A stretch of 64,000 bases of DNA, from positions 224,001-288,000 of the forward strand of contig CAVRCJ010000010.1 in the NCBI GenBank assembly GCA_963719515.1. The letters run 5' to 3'. Under the pieces are notes generated by a model. It did not search any database and was not told the DNA's origin. It saw only the letters and a list, made by a program, of their open reading frames with translations. Shown here in pieces: positions 28,929-38,517 of the stretch. The stretch comes from an uncultured cyanobacterium. Lineage in GTDB: Bacteria > Cyanobacteriota > Cyanobacteriia > CAKZMO01. Position 1 is the stretch's first letter. Every line of letters starts with the position of its first letter. The position numbers and the translations under genes were made by a program.

Positions 28929-31900
28929 TCACTTCAGGTCTCTCTTTACGACTTTGAATACGGCTGTTCTCCATCTAGCCCCAACAAACTCTACGCAGGA
29001 ATTTGGCTTAACTTCTTGATCAACAAATAGAGTGACTTCAGGCCAATGCTCGGTCGAATAATCGTCAAAGATGATGTATCCGCCAATGTCAACTGCAGAT
29101 AAATAATGTTCAAAGTCAAACTTGACGCCATCATAGGAGTGATCGCCGTCTATAACTAGCAGATTATATTGACTCTGCCCTACTTCTGAAAGAACGCTAT
29201 CCTCAGTACTTAAACCCTGTATTAATCCAACGCTCTGAGCGGGAATATCCAGGCAGCGCATGTTGTGCTCAAACACGCTGCGTGTGACCGGCACCTGAGT
29301 AATTTTATCAAATGGACTTTGACCGTAGTAGCCATCAAGTGGATCTACCGCAGTGAGATGAATATCCTCAAAGCGTCCTCGGCAGGACTCATGCAATATA
29401 CCTAAGTTAATTCCAAACAGCGAGCCAATTTCCAGCACTGATAATCTTTTCGAACTTACGCTTCGCGCAGCTAGAATACGAACCAGCATGTCCTGCACCG
29501 TCGTTGCTAGCCGACCAGAGCAGGCGTCTTCAATCAAGCAGACCTGATGCGCTAGATATCCCAACGCCCTACGATCCATTTGCAGACCAAACGCCGGTAG
29601 CCAGAAATTCTCCAAAGCCTCAAAGTGCTCTTCGACAAGCCGCCGGTTAAAGGGCTGAAACAGTGCGCTGTTGTTGGTGTTTGAGGTCTGCAAAAGTCGC
29701 TCTACTCTATCAGTCGCTTCTGTGGCACGGTTCCCTCTCTCTGCTGCGCGATTGCTTCGCTCAGCTGCGTGGTTTGCGGTTTCTGCTGCGTGACTACTCT
29801 GTTCTGCTGCGTGGTTTGCAGTTTCTACCGCATGATTACTTCGCTCAGCTGCGTGGTTTGCGGTTTCTGCTGCGTGACTACTTTGTTCTGCTGCGTGATT
29901 GCTTTGTTCTACTGCGTGACTACTTTGTTCTGCTGCGTGGTTTGCAGTTTCTACCGTATGATTGCCCTGCTCAATTGCAAGCTCAGCGATCTGCTCTGCC
30001 CGTTGGGCTCGGCCAAAACTATGATGGGCAAAACGCTTTGCCTCATCTGCAAGGCTGAGCGCAGAGGCAGAGGCATCGCGGACATGACTCACCTCCTCCG
30101 CCAGATGGCTCATGGAAGCGGAGGCGTCACGAGCACGCTGTGAGATCTCCATAGCACGCTGCGAAGCCCCCACAGCCTGCTGAGAAGTCTCCCGACCTTC
30201 TTCCCCTATCTGGTGCGCCCTTTGAGCCTGCTGCACAGCTGCATTCCCCCGTTTCATGGCTCTATCTGCTCTACGCTGAGCACGCTCGGCGGCATTCTGA
30301 GCCTGCTCAATCGCGTTCTGCGCTTGAGCAATAACCCTGTCGGATCGCGTCGCGGCATGGCCCAGCAGCAGCAATAGTAGTCCAGTAGAACTGCCTGTCA
30401 ATGCCCAGCGGAACGGCACATCTTCGATGACTGATAAACCGCTGCAGGTCACTGCGAGCAGTGCGACAGCAAATGGCCAGCGGCGATAGTAACTCACAAT
30501 TCGCTGGACTAAAAACGCGAAGCGTTTGGGCTTGGAAAAGGCTGAGGCACTTGTTGCTGGCGTCTGATTCAGCGCTTTTACTGGCTTTGCTTCTGCTGGT
30601 CTCGCTTCTACTGGTTTTGCGTGACTGCCGTTTCCCATTTCGATAGGAGCCACCACATCATGGTCACCACTTCTGTCAGTAGTAGTGGCGGTTGGGGGAA
30701 GCTGAGTAGTCTGGTGTCCGTTCGACGACGGTTCTACCGAATTCGAAGCTGTGGGACTGCGATCTACGGGAGTAGGCATTACTAAAGGACTCACCTGCGG
30801 TTTGTGTTGGGATGGCGCAGTTTTAATTAAAGCTTCAGCGATCGCCACTACCTTGCTGAGATCGGGGGGCTGCTTAAAGGCGAGCAGGTTGCCCCAAGCC
30901 TCTGCGCTAGAAAGCTTACAAGGATAGGGAACTAAGCGGCGCCAGTCGTGCTTAATTCCGTATCGAACAACGGGATGCCACTCACTGACCAGGACAGTAT
31001 ATCCTCTCTCTACTAAGTACTGAGCTAAGTCATCGAAGCGGTAGCCCAGGGGAACAGTTTTACGATCTTCAAATTCACATTCAATTACCTCAGGCTGAAC
31101 CTGCTCCCACGGCACGCCCTTCAACACCATCAGATCGAAGCCTTCGGTATCTATTTTGAGGAAGTCAACATGCTCTAGCCGATGTTCCGCGCAAATATTG
31201 GCAACGGTCGTTGTGGTGACTTGGCATCGCGGCCTGTGGCTCTCCCGAAAAGGGGCTAGAGCGCTGATGCCGGTACTCTCTTCAGAGGCATAGAGAGCCA
31301 CCGTTTCACCAAAGCGATCGCTCACGGCAGACTCGCTGATCACAACGTTCTCCCAAGTCTCGAACTTTTTGAGGAGCTGCTGGCGATTGTCGGGGTCTGG
31401 CTCGAAGGCGTAGACTTGCCAAACTTGCTTGGCGAATGGGGCCAACGCGCTACCAAAATGAGCCCCAACATCCACCATAACCGCGTTGGGCTTCTCAGCG
31501 GCCAGCAGTTCAGCCACAATCTTGGTTTCGTCGATATGGGCGCGGCGCTCCCGCTGAAAGCTGCCGACGAGGGCATCTTGGATGGCCGGCAGGGCGGGCT
31601 GACTGTTGGATGACGCCTGACGCTGCCGAGAGAGGGCTGCGCCGCGCAGAAACCCATAAAACTTGGTTTGAACTTGGTCTGCGGAGTGGTGCTTAAACGC
31701 GTACTCCCGCGCCGCTGCTGCCAGCGGGCTGCAGGTCTCGGGCTGGTTGACTAATTCAAGCAGCGCCGCCCGAAGCTGCTCAGGCTCTCGCTCCATGACC
31801 ATCCGCGCACACCCAGCACGCTCTAGGTAGGCAATCGTCGCTACCGCTGCGGGGCCATATGCCAGCACGGGCACGCTGGCCGCCAGGCATTCCGGGAGCT

Positions 31901-34568
31901 TGTTGGCCATTGAGTAGCGAACGTACTCAATACTGCTGGGGTCAAAATTGTAGGCGATCAAGAGCGCATCGGCAGCGACCAGCTTTTGACGGTAGACCTC
32001 ATCGGTGAAATTTGCTTCATGGATGCTGACGCCGGGTAAGGCCTCAAACCGATGGGCGGCCCTATCTAGCCAAATTTTCCCGGCATAGATTTCTAGCGCT
32101 ATTGAAATTGAACAGGATGACTGCAGCTCTGCAACAGCCTGCGCGATATCGACGACGCTCTCAAGCGTCATGTCGTCGGCCAGGCTGCCGAGATACCGGA
32201 TTGTGAAGGGGCGATCGCCGTCGGGCTGCGCTGGCGCTGATGCCGCCTCCGACGCCGCTAGCCAATCCTCAGGCTCAATGCAGTTTGCAATTGGAGCAAA
32301 CTCAACGTCATACCGTTCTTGAAATGCCGTCGACATCGCTTCTGAGATACTTAAGCATCGATAGGCTTTACTGAGGAGTTCTCGCAGGGAGTGATCTATA
32401 GCCTCATATGCCGGCAAATCTTGACGCCGTAGCCGCTCTGGCCAGTCGTCAACAATGTGAATAACAAACGGGACATTGAGCTGCTCGATGGCCTCGCAGG
32501 CGAGCTGGTGCAGGTGGGGCTTATCGGCAACCGGGCGATAGTAAATAGCGTCTGGGTTGAACTGGCGGCAGGCCTCAATCGCAGCGGCGAGGCGGGCGGA
32601 CGGGCTCTGATCCGCCTCGCCTTCGGCTGAAGCGTTGACCTGAATGCCATAGCGATCGCTGCCGACCGCGTAGACCTGCATCCAATTTGCCGTAGGCCAG
32701 CGGCTGAAAAGGCTCTGCTTCATCTGGGAGGTGGCATAGCGCTCCCCAAGACGAGTGATATCGATGATGAGTATTCGAGGGTAGAGCGCGCTGTGGGAGA
32801 AAAGAGCGTGATAGTCCACCCGAGGAAAAACTTCTAGCTTGCCGCCAATTGTTGCGTTATAGATGTTGACGCTATTTGCCTGAGTCACCCGATGCGCCTC
32901 TTTATAGGCCTCTCGCATTTTCTCAACTTGAGGGTCATGCCATCGATAGCCCTTACCAAAGTAATCTGGGTCGAAGTGATTGGGATCGTCGCTCTTCATA
33001 TCGAGCGTAGCGATGTTGTATTCTTTCGTTTCCTTTACATCCTCAGGAATGTCGTAGCTACAATCCACCCCAACTAAATAAATTTCCTCGAATCCTAGGT
33101 AATAGGCCAGCTGTAGACAGCTAAACGTCACCGTACAGCCTGTATAGGTGCACTCTTCAGCATCTATAGAAAAGTCAAATCCCTGGGGATAGCTCTTCCT
33201 CGGAACGTGATTGTAGAAGATAGTATCTTCACTTTCCTCTAGGCAGTAAGCGAGATAGATTGGAAGTATTTTGATTGGGCCAGTAAAATCGTCAATCTCG
33301 GCCTGCCTATCTTCAGCAACAAGATGATCTTCCACGACGTAAAACGTTGGCTTAAAGCTAGAGTCCTTCGCCTTGAGAAAGATGCCGTTGACGCCGAACG
33401 TGACCTCATCCTTGAGGAGATTCAGGTCGGTTTTATTTAAGCTAGGGCCATTGCCGATAACAAAGACACGCTTTCTAGTCTTGAATATTTCCCGCAGCGC
33501 TTGAAGCCGAGGAAGATATCGCTTTTTATAGGTTTGCTCGTATATATTAATGACCTTCTGCAGGCCGACGACGCGCTGCTCAAGCGGGATTTTGGGCGTC
33601 GGCAAGAACAAAGGATTGGCGTGAGGATGACGCTTGATAAGCGCCTCTTCTTTAGCAGTCAAAGCTTCTGAAATAGGGGCATTCGGCAAGGCAAACTCCA
33701 GGTTTCTTTTGCTGAAAGGCGAGTCTCCGCTGCAGGTGTCACTGCCGAGAATGGCGGCGTATTCCACCTTCGGAAAGACCTGTAGGTGTCCGCCCACGGT
33801 CGCGTCTAAAATCCGGCGATTGTGGGCTTCAAAGATTTCCCGAGCAATCTGATAAGACTGCTCTGAGCGATCTAGGTTTGGATATTCCCAAACGGTACCT
33901 CGGCCAAAATAGTCAGGGTGAAAATGGTTGATATCAGGCCCTTGAGCTACCACGGCTTTGTCGGGCTCACCGACCTCCTCAAAGCAATGATCAACGCCGA
34001 CTAAAACAACCTCCTCAAACCCCAGGTGGAAGGCAACCTGCATGGCGCAGTAGGTGACTGTCCACCCCTCATGCCAGGAGAGTACGCTGAGGTTTTTGTT
34101 GAACCCTACTCCCGAAATAGAGTCAAGGAAGAAGGTATTCTTTTTGTTTCTAAAGAGTTCTACAGCTCGGTTAGTAATAAACTTAACCGAGCTAAGAGCA
34201 TCAATTTCTGCCGCGAACTGTCGCGCAACGTTGGGATTCACGCAGCAGTAAAACGTGGGTTGAAATCCCATTGCTGGGTAGTTGAGATAAATTCGATTTA
34301 GCCCGATTGTGAATTTGTTTTTCAGGCAGGTTAAATCTGTTTTGTTGAGGCTAGGGCCGTTGCCAATCAGGAAACATTGCTGCCCTACGAATCGATTGCG
34401 CAGTGCCTCAACAGAAAGCGATTCAGATAGTTCCGGGTCGAGAATAGAACCAGCAATAGAGTGATTTTGCGCTAATAAAGCTTGAAAATCTCCACCGAGG
34501 TCATAGTCAATACTATTCTCTGCTTTTGCCACCGCGATTTCTCCCCATGCGTGCGCTGTAGAATACAT
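28929..34568 (-). CDS. 1879-aa multidomain glycan enzyme: two DUF115 (Maf/MptE-like) domains, GT-B/GT4-like, FkbM methyltransferase, TM hairpin, heptad coiled coil, Methyltransf_24-like
   Basis: IGNGPSLNKTDL...LVGVD...NHFxPDYFG twice; SMANKLPECLA; VDVGAH...KIDTEG; LEIGSLFG...IDGDHSY...FDDY. Confidence 0.85.
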   Translation of the reverse strand: MYSTAHAWGEIAVAKAENSIDYDLGGDFQALLAQNHSIAGSILDPELSESLSVEALRNRFVGQQCFLIGNGPSLNKTDLTCLKNKFTIGLNRIYLNYPAMGFQPTFYCCVNPNVARQFAAEIDALSSVKFITNRAVELFRNKKNTFFLDSISGVGFNKNLSVLSWHEGWTVTYCAMQVAFHLGFEEVVLVGVDHCFEEVGEPDKAVVAQGPDINHFHPDYFGRGTVWEYPNLDRSEQSYQIAREIFEAHNRRILDATVGGHLQVFPKVEYAAILGSDTCSGDSPFSKRNLEFALPNAPISEALTAKEEALIKRHPHANPLFLPTPKIPLEQRVVGLQKVINIYEQTYKKRYLPRLQALREIFKTRKRVFVIGNGPSLNKTDLNLLKDEVTFGVNGIFLKAKDSSFKPTFYVVEDHLVAEDRQAEIDDFTGPIKILPIYLAYCLEESEDTIFYNHVPRKSYPQGFDFSIDAEECTYTGCTVTFSCLQLAYYLGFEEIYLVGVDCSYDIPEDVKETKEYNIATLDMKSDDPNHFDPDYFGKGYRWHDPQVEKMREAYKEAHRVTQANSVNIYNATIGGKLEVFPRVDYHALFSHSALYPRILIIDITRLGERYATSQMKQSLFSRWPTANWMQVYAVGSDRYGIQVNASAEGEADQSPSARLAAAIEACRQFNPDAIYYRPVADKPHLHQLACEAIEQLNVPFVIHIVDDWPERLRRQDLPAYEAIDHSLRELLSKAYRCLSISEAMSTAFQERYDVEFAPIANCIEPEDWLAASEAASAPAQPDGDRPFTIRYLGSLADDMTLESVVDIAQAVAELQSSCSISIALEIYAGKIWLDRAAHRFEALPGVSIHEANFTDEVYRQKLVAADALLIAYNFDPSSIEYVRYSMANKLPECLAASVPVLAYGPAAVATIAYLERAGCARMVMEREPEQLRAALLELVNQPETCSPLAAAAREYAFKHHSADQVQTKFYGFLRGAALSRQRQASSNSQPALPAIQDALVGSFQRERRAHIDETKIVAELLAAEKPNAVMVDVGAHFGSALAPFAKQVWQVYAFEPDPDNRQQLLKKFETWENVVISESAVSDRFGETVALYASEESTGISALAPFRESHRPRCQVTTTTVANICAEHRLEHVDFLKIDTEGFDLMVLKGVPWEQVQPEVIECEFEDRKTVPLGYRFDDLAQYLVERGYTVLVSEWHPVVRYGIKHDWRRLVPYPCKLSSAEAWGNLLAFKQPPDLSKVVAIAEALIKTAPSQHKPQVSPLVMPTPVDRSPTASNSVEPSSNGHQTTQLPPTATTTDRSGDHDVVAPIEMGNGSHAKPVEARPAEAKPVKALNQTPATSASAFSKPKRFAFLVQRIVSYYRRWPFAVALLAVTCSGLSVIEDVPFRWALTGSSTGLLLLLLGHAATRSDRVIAQAQNAIEQAQNAAERAQRRADRAMKRGNAAVQQAQRAHQIGEEGRETSQQAVGASQRAMEISQRARDASASMSHLAEEVSHVRDASASALSLADEAKRFAHHSFGRAQRAEQIAELAIEQGNHTVETANHAAEQSSHAVEQSNHAAEQSSHAAETANHAAERSNHAVETANHAAEQSSHAAETANHAAERSNRAAERGNRATEATDRVERLLQTSNTNNSALFQPFNRRLVEEHFEALENFWLPAFGLQMDRRALGYLAHQVCLIEDACSGRLATTVQDMLVRILAARSVSSKRLSVLEIGSLFGINLGILHESCRGRFEDIHLTAVDPLDGYYGQSPFDKITQVPVTRSVFEHNMRCLDIPAQSVGLIQGLSTEDSVLSEVGQSQYNLLVIDGDHSYDGVKFDFEHYLSAVDIGGYIIFDDYSTEHWPEVTLFVDQEVKPNSCVEFVGARWRTAVFKVVKRDLK
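29721..29972 (-). repeat. Intragenic 21-bp tandem repeat, 12 heptads (ETANHAA/EQSSHAA/ERSNHAV type)
   Basis: Visible in DNA and protein: EQGNHTV ETANHAA EQSSHAV EQSNHAA EQSSHAA ETANHAA ERSNHAV ETANHAA EQSSHAA ETANHAA ERSNRAA ERGNRAT. Confidence 0.93.
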
Positions 34569-34744
34569 CTGCGAGCAATTGCTGACTGCATTCGGACATG
34601 ATCAGCAGACTGACCTCAAGTTTATCAGACAGAACTTGTAATTTCTTCTGGAAATTCTCCTGAGAAGTCTTTAGCGCTGAAAGGCTTGGAAAAAGCTCAG
34701 TACTTTAGCTTCGGTATCGCGGGTGATTTCGGTTCTTGGGTCGC

Positions 34745-35611
34745 CTATTCTGAAGCCGGCTCTACGGGATCTTCTTCAGACTCTACCTCAAAATAGAACG
34801 CAGGCTGCTTGTCGAGCGCTCCTAGCCGGTTGGGAGGCCACACCCGAACCGCCGCCCGGCCAATCAGGTTTTTCTTCGGCACAAATCCCCAGAAGTGGCT
34901 GTCGTAGCTGTTGTTGCGGTTGTCCCCCAGCACCAGGTAGCTGTCTTCAGCAATCTCTTGAGGCCCCCACCGGTAGGCAGGCGCTTCCTCAATATAGGTT
35001 TCGACGATCGCCTCTCCATTGACGAACACCTTACCCTCCTTCACCTCAATGGTCTCCCCCGGCAGGCCTACGATACGCTTAATCAGGGCGTCGTTGAAGG
35101 TGGGATTCTCTGCTTTGATCGTGTCGGTGGGCTTGAAGACCACCACGTCTCCCCGAGTGGGCTCGCGGAAGCGATAGCTCATCTTCTCCACAATCAAGCG
35201 ATCGTTAATTTCCAGCGTCGGCAGCATCGATTCTGACGGAATGTAGCGCGCTTCCGCCACAAAGTGCCGAATGCCCAGCGCCAGTACGATGGACAGCACG
35301 AGAATATTGCGCAGCTCCACCCAAAAATTTTCGGGCTCGTCCTCGCGTCGCTCTGGCTCAGCCTCTTTGGGAACTGAAGCACTGCGATCGCTAGATGGCT
35401 GAACTGTATTTAGGCGCACACCGTCGCTCTGCCCAAGATCTTTGACCGCATCACCTGCCGCACCTGAGCTATCGGGGGCCGCCTGTTGATGCTCCAAGTC
35501 ATCGTCAACAGCAGCACTATCGACAACAGCACCGTCAGCGTCAGCGTCGTCAGCAGGATTTTGGCTTGAGTGATTTAGGTTGTCGGGCACGTGCGGAGAG
35601 GCTTGGGGCAT
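34745..35611 (-). CDS. lepB: Signal peptidase I with acidic N-terminal extension
   Basis: IPSESMLPTL, IKRIVGLPG, GDNRNNSYDS. Confidence 0.95.
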   Translation of the reverse strand: MPQASPHVPDNLNHSSQNPADDADADGAVVDSAAVDDDLEHQQAAPDSSGAAGDAVKDLGQSDGVRLNTVQPSSDRSASVPKEAEPERREDEPENFWVELRNILVLSIVLALGIRHFVAEARYIPSESMLPTLEINDRLIVEKMSYRFREPTRGDVVVFKPTDTIKAENPTFNDALIKRIVGLPGETIEVKEGKVFVNGEAIVETYIEEAPAYRWGPQEIAEDSYLVLGDNRNNSYDSHFWGFVPKKNLIGRAAVRVWPPNRLGALDKQPAFYFEVESEEDPVEPASE

Positions 35612-35775
35612 AAATCTACATTCAACGCAATGTTAGCAAGCTTCGGAGCAAAACGGATATGCTTATCCCTGAGGGCAGCACTTCTTGAGAAGGATAGATG
35701 CGCTTTCCCATAATAGCGGGTGCAGCTCTCAATCCCTGACGACCGGCCCCCTTGACGTTACCGCAATATTTAGCG

Positions 35776-37098
35776 ATGGTATCTAATCCGAGCCTCATTA
35801 TCCGCCATGCCCGCGTCTTACTCCCTGATGAGACGTTTCAGTCAGTAGATGTGTTGCTCTCTGACGGAAAGATTGCCCAAATTGGCGCAGAGTTTTCTCT
35901 AGAAGCCGACCGCATCATTGAGGCAGACGGACTGACGCTGCTGCCGGGCGTCATTGATCCCCAGGTCCACTTTCGCGAACCAGGGCTAGAGCACAAGGAA
36001 GATTTGGCCACGGCCAGCAGCGCCTGCGCTAAAGGGGGGGTAACCTCGTTTTTGGAGATGCCCAACACCCGGCCGCTGACGATAACGCAAGAAACCTTGG
36101 ACGATAAGCTGGCCCGTTCGGCTGAGAAGTGCCGGGTCAACTACGGCTTTTTCATCGGGGCCACGGCGGACAACCTGGAGGTACTCAACCAGGTCAACCC
36201 CGTCTGCGGCATCAAAATTTTTATGGGCTCCTCTCACGGGGCGCTGCTGGTGGACGACGAGGCGGTGACAGAGCGCATCTTTGCCAACGGCTCGCGGCTG
36301 ATTGCGGTCCATGCTGAGAACCAAGCTCGGATTCGCCAGCGCCGAGAAGAATTTGCCCCCCGCTACGGTGAACCCGCTATTCACTCCGAGATTCAGGACG
36401 CTCAGGCCGCTATGCTGGCCACCCAACTGGCCCTAAAGCTCTCCAAGAAATATCAGCGACGGCTGCATATCTTACACCTCTCTACTGGGGACGAAGCGGA
36501 GCTGCTGCGCCAGGACAAGCCCGCTTGGGTGACGGCGGAAGTGACCCCCCAACACCTGCTGCTCAATACCGAGGCCTATGGCAAAATTGGCACCCTGGCG
36601 CAGATGAACCCACCCCTTAGGTCGGCCCAGGATAACGCGGTGCTCTGGCAGGCTTTGCTAGACGGCGTCATTGACTTTATCGCCACCGACCACGCTCCCC
36701 ACACCCTAGAAGAAAAGTCCAAACCCTATCCCAACTCTCCCTCCGGAATGCCGGGAGTCGAGACCTCCCTGCCCGTAATGCTGACCCAAGCGGCTCAGGG
36801 ACGCTGCAGCGTTGCCCAGGTCTCTCACTGGATGTCGACCGCCGTTGCCAAGGCCTACCAGATTCCCAACAAGGGTGCGATCGCTCCGGGCTACGACGCT
36901 GATTTGGTGCTGGTGGATCTGGAGTCCTATCGTCCGGTGACCCGAGAGGATCTGTTAACGAAGTGCGGCTGGAGTCCTTTTGAGGGATGGGAGCTGACGG
37001 GTTGGCCGGTCGTGACGATTGTAGGGGGGCAAGTGGTCTACGAGAATGGCCAGGTGGACTCAGAAGTCCGCGGGCAGGCCCTACAATTTGGCGCTTAA
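35776..37098 (+). CDS. pyrC: Dihydroorotase (long type)
   Basis: DPQVHFREPG, EMPNT, MNPPLR, ATDHAPH. Confidence 0.85.
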   Translation: MVSNPSLIIRHARVLLPDETFQSVDVLLSDGKIAQIGAEFSLEADRIIEADGLTLLPGVIDPQVHFREPGLEHKEDLATASSACAKGGVTSFLEMPNTRPLTITQETLDDKLARSAEKCRVNYGFFIGATADNLEVLNQVNPVCGIKIFMGSSHGALLVDDEAVTERIFANGSRLIAVHAENQARIRQRREEFAPRYGEPAIHSEIQDAQAAMLATQLALKLSKKYQRRLHILHLSTGDEAELLRQDKPAWVTAEVTPQHLLLNTEAYGKIGTLAQMNPPLRSAQDNAVLWQALLDGVIDFIATDHAPHTLEEKSKPYPNSPSGMPGVETSLPVMLTQAAQGRCSVAQVSHWMSTAVAKAYQIPNKGAIAPGYDADLVLVDLESYRPVTREDLLTKCGWSPFEGWELTGWPVVTIVGGQVVYENGQVDSEVRGQALQFGA

Positions 37099-37820
37099 TG
37101 GCTGTAGGGGAGACGGTGCTGCTCGTCCCGCAAGGGGCAGAATATCAGGCTGTTCAGCGGGGTTCAGCTCAATCGGGCTCGAATCGACGGGAGCCCCTGC
37201 GAGGCGAATCCTTGCCGTGGCCTATTATCCCTATCGCCATGGGCCAGAGCGCGATCGCACAAATCAAGCCGCTGCTTGCGCGGCCTCCCGCCAGAGCAAT
37301 TCTCCTGGGTTTGGGGGGAAGTCTGTCGCTAGAGCATACGCCTGGGGAGGTCCTGGTCTATAAAGACTGTATTAACGAGGCCAGCGGACAGCGGCTGGTC
37401 TGCGATCGCGCTCTAAGGGTGGCGCTGCTGGAGGCACTCAGGTCAGCTGAGGGGATTGCGGCTGTGGAGACTACCGGACTTACTAGCGATCGCGTGGTGT
37501 GCTCAGCAGCCGAAAAGCAGGCGTTCGGAGAGCGCTACGGCGCGGCGGTAGTCGATATGGAGGGCTACCCCGTTCTGGCGCGACTCCAGCAGCACGGCGT
37601 GAAGACAGGCGCTGTGCGCGTCGTGAGTGACGGGGCTGAGGGAAATATCCCTGATGTGAGCCAAGCTCTGGGGACAGACGGGTCTCTACGGCCTTTGGCG
37701 CTGGCCTTTGCCTTAGGCCGAGAGCCTATTGCGGCCCTGCGGCTGATTCGCGGATCGCTGCGGGGACTGTCGGTGCTGCAGCGGGTGGCGGCTCAGCTTC
37801 AAGAATCAACCAAAGGCTAA
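37098..37820 (+). CDS. Nucleoside phosphorylase-like protein (PNP_UDP_1/HpnG-like)
   Basis: LVPQGAEY, GLGGSL, VVDMEG, RVVSD; ATG overlaps the pyrC stop (TAATG). Confidence 0.75.
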   Translation: MAVGETVLLVPQGAEYQAVQRGSAQSGSNRREPLRGESLPWPIIPIAMGQSAIAQIKPLLARPPARAILLGLGGSLSLEHTPGEVLVYKDCINEASGQRLVCDRALRVALLEALRSAEGIAAVETTGLTSDRVVCSAAEKQAFGERYGAAVVDMEGYPVLARLQQHGVKTGAVRVVSDGAEGNIPDVSQALGTDGSLRPLALAFALGREPIAALRLIRGSLRGLSVLQRVAAQLQESTKG

Positions 37821-37873
37821 CCTATGTCGCCGTAACCGCGCCACGTCTATAGGCTCACCTCAAAAATGCTCTT

Positions 37874-38492
37874 CTATGGCTGCTCCGCCACGGCGACATA
37901 GGTTCCTAGCCCAATTAGCCCTAGGCCAGAAACGACCCGCTGACGGCGTCTGAAACGGCTCTCCCGCAGCCGCTGCCCGATGGGTCCGGCAAACAGGGCC
38001 ACCGCCAAATCAGACATCATGTTCATCACGGCGGTAATCAGCCCAAGCAGCAAAAACTGCGCAAACACGTGGCCGCTCTCCATCTGGATGAACTGGGGAA
38101 CGAAGGCGAGAAAAAACAGCGCTGTCTTGGGGTTGAGCATTTCCGTCATCACGCCCTGGTAAAACACCTGCCCCTGTCCCGCTAAGGAGTCTCCAGCCAT
38201 CGCTACCGTTAGCGTATCGGAACTCAAGAGCGTGCGCACGCCCAGGTAGATTAGATAAGCGGCACCAGCGTATTTTACGAGGACGAAGGCGATCGCCGAG
38301 GTCATCAGCAGGCTAGAGATGCCGACAGCAGCGGCGACCACGTGAACCAGTCCCCCGACGAAGAGCCTAAAGGAAGACAAGATGCCTGCCTTTCTGCCGC
38401 CGTAAAGGCTGCGGGCCAGCGTATAGAGGAGGGGTGATGCTCAGAATGAAGGCGGCGGTGAGGAACAATCCGAAGGTAGAAAGATCAGGCCC
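37874..38492 (-). pseudogene. LysE/RhtB family translocator, frameshifted near the 5' end
   Basis: PDLSTFGLFLTAAFILSITP is out of frame with LYTLARSLYGGRKAG...; conserved PGP motif missing at 38430/38431; LNPKTALFFLAFVPQF intact. Confidence 0.85.
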
Positions 38493-38517
38493 AAAACTTT
38501 AGGAAATTAGATTTTTT

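Noticed and set aside
29721..29972. Possible CRISPR array (also considered for 3611-4139)
   Set aside because: Head-to-tail units with no unique spacers, in frame within a CDS, and no cas genes in the window
29663..30143. Cys-rich repetitive plus-strand ORFs resembling a RiPP precursor or metallothionein
   Set aside because: Reverse-frame products of the 21-bp heptad repeat inside the 1879-aa gene; no leader peptide or maturation genes nearby
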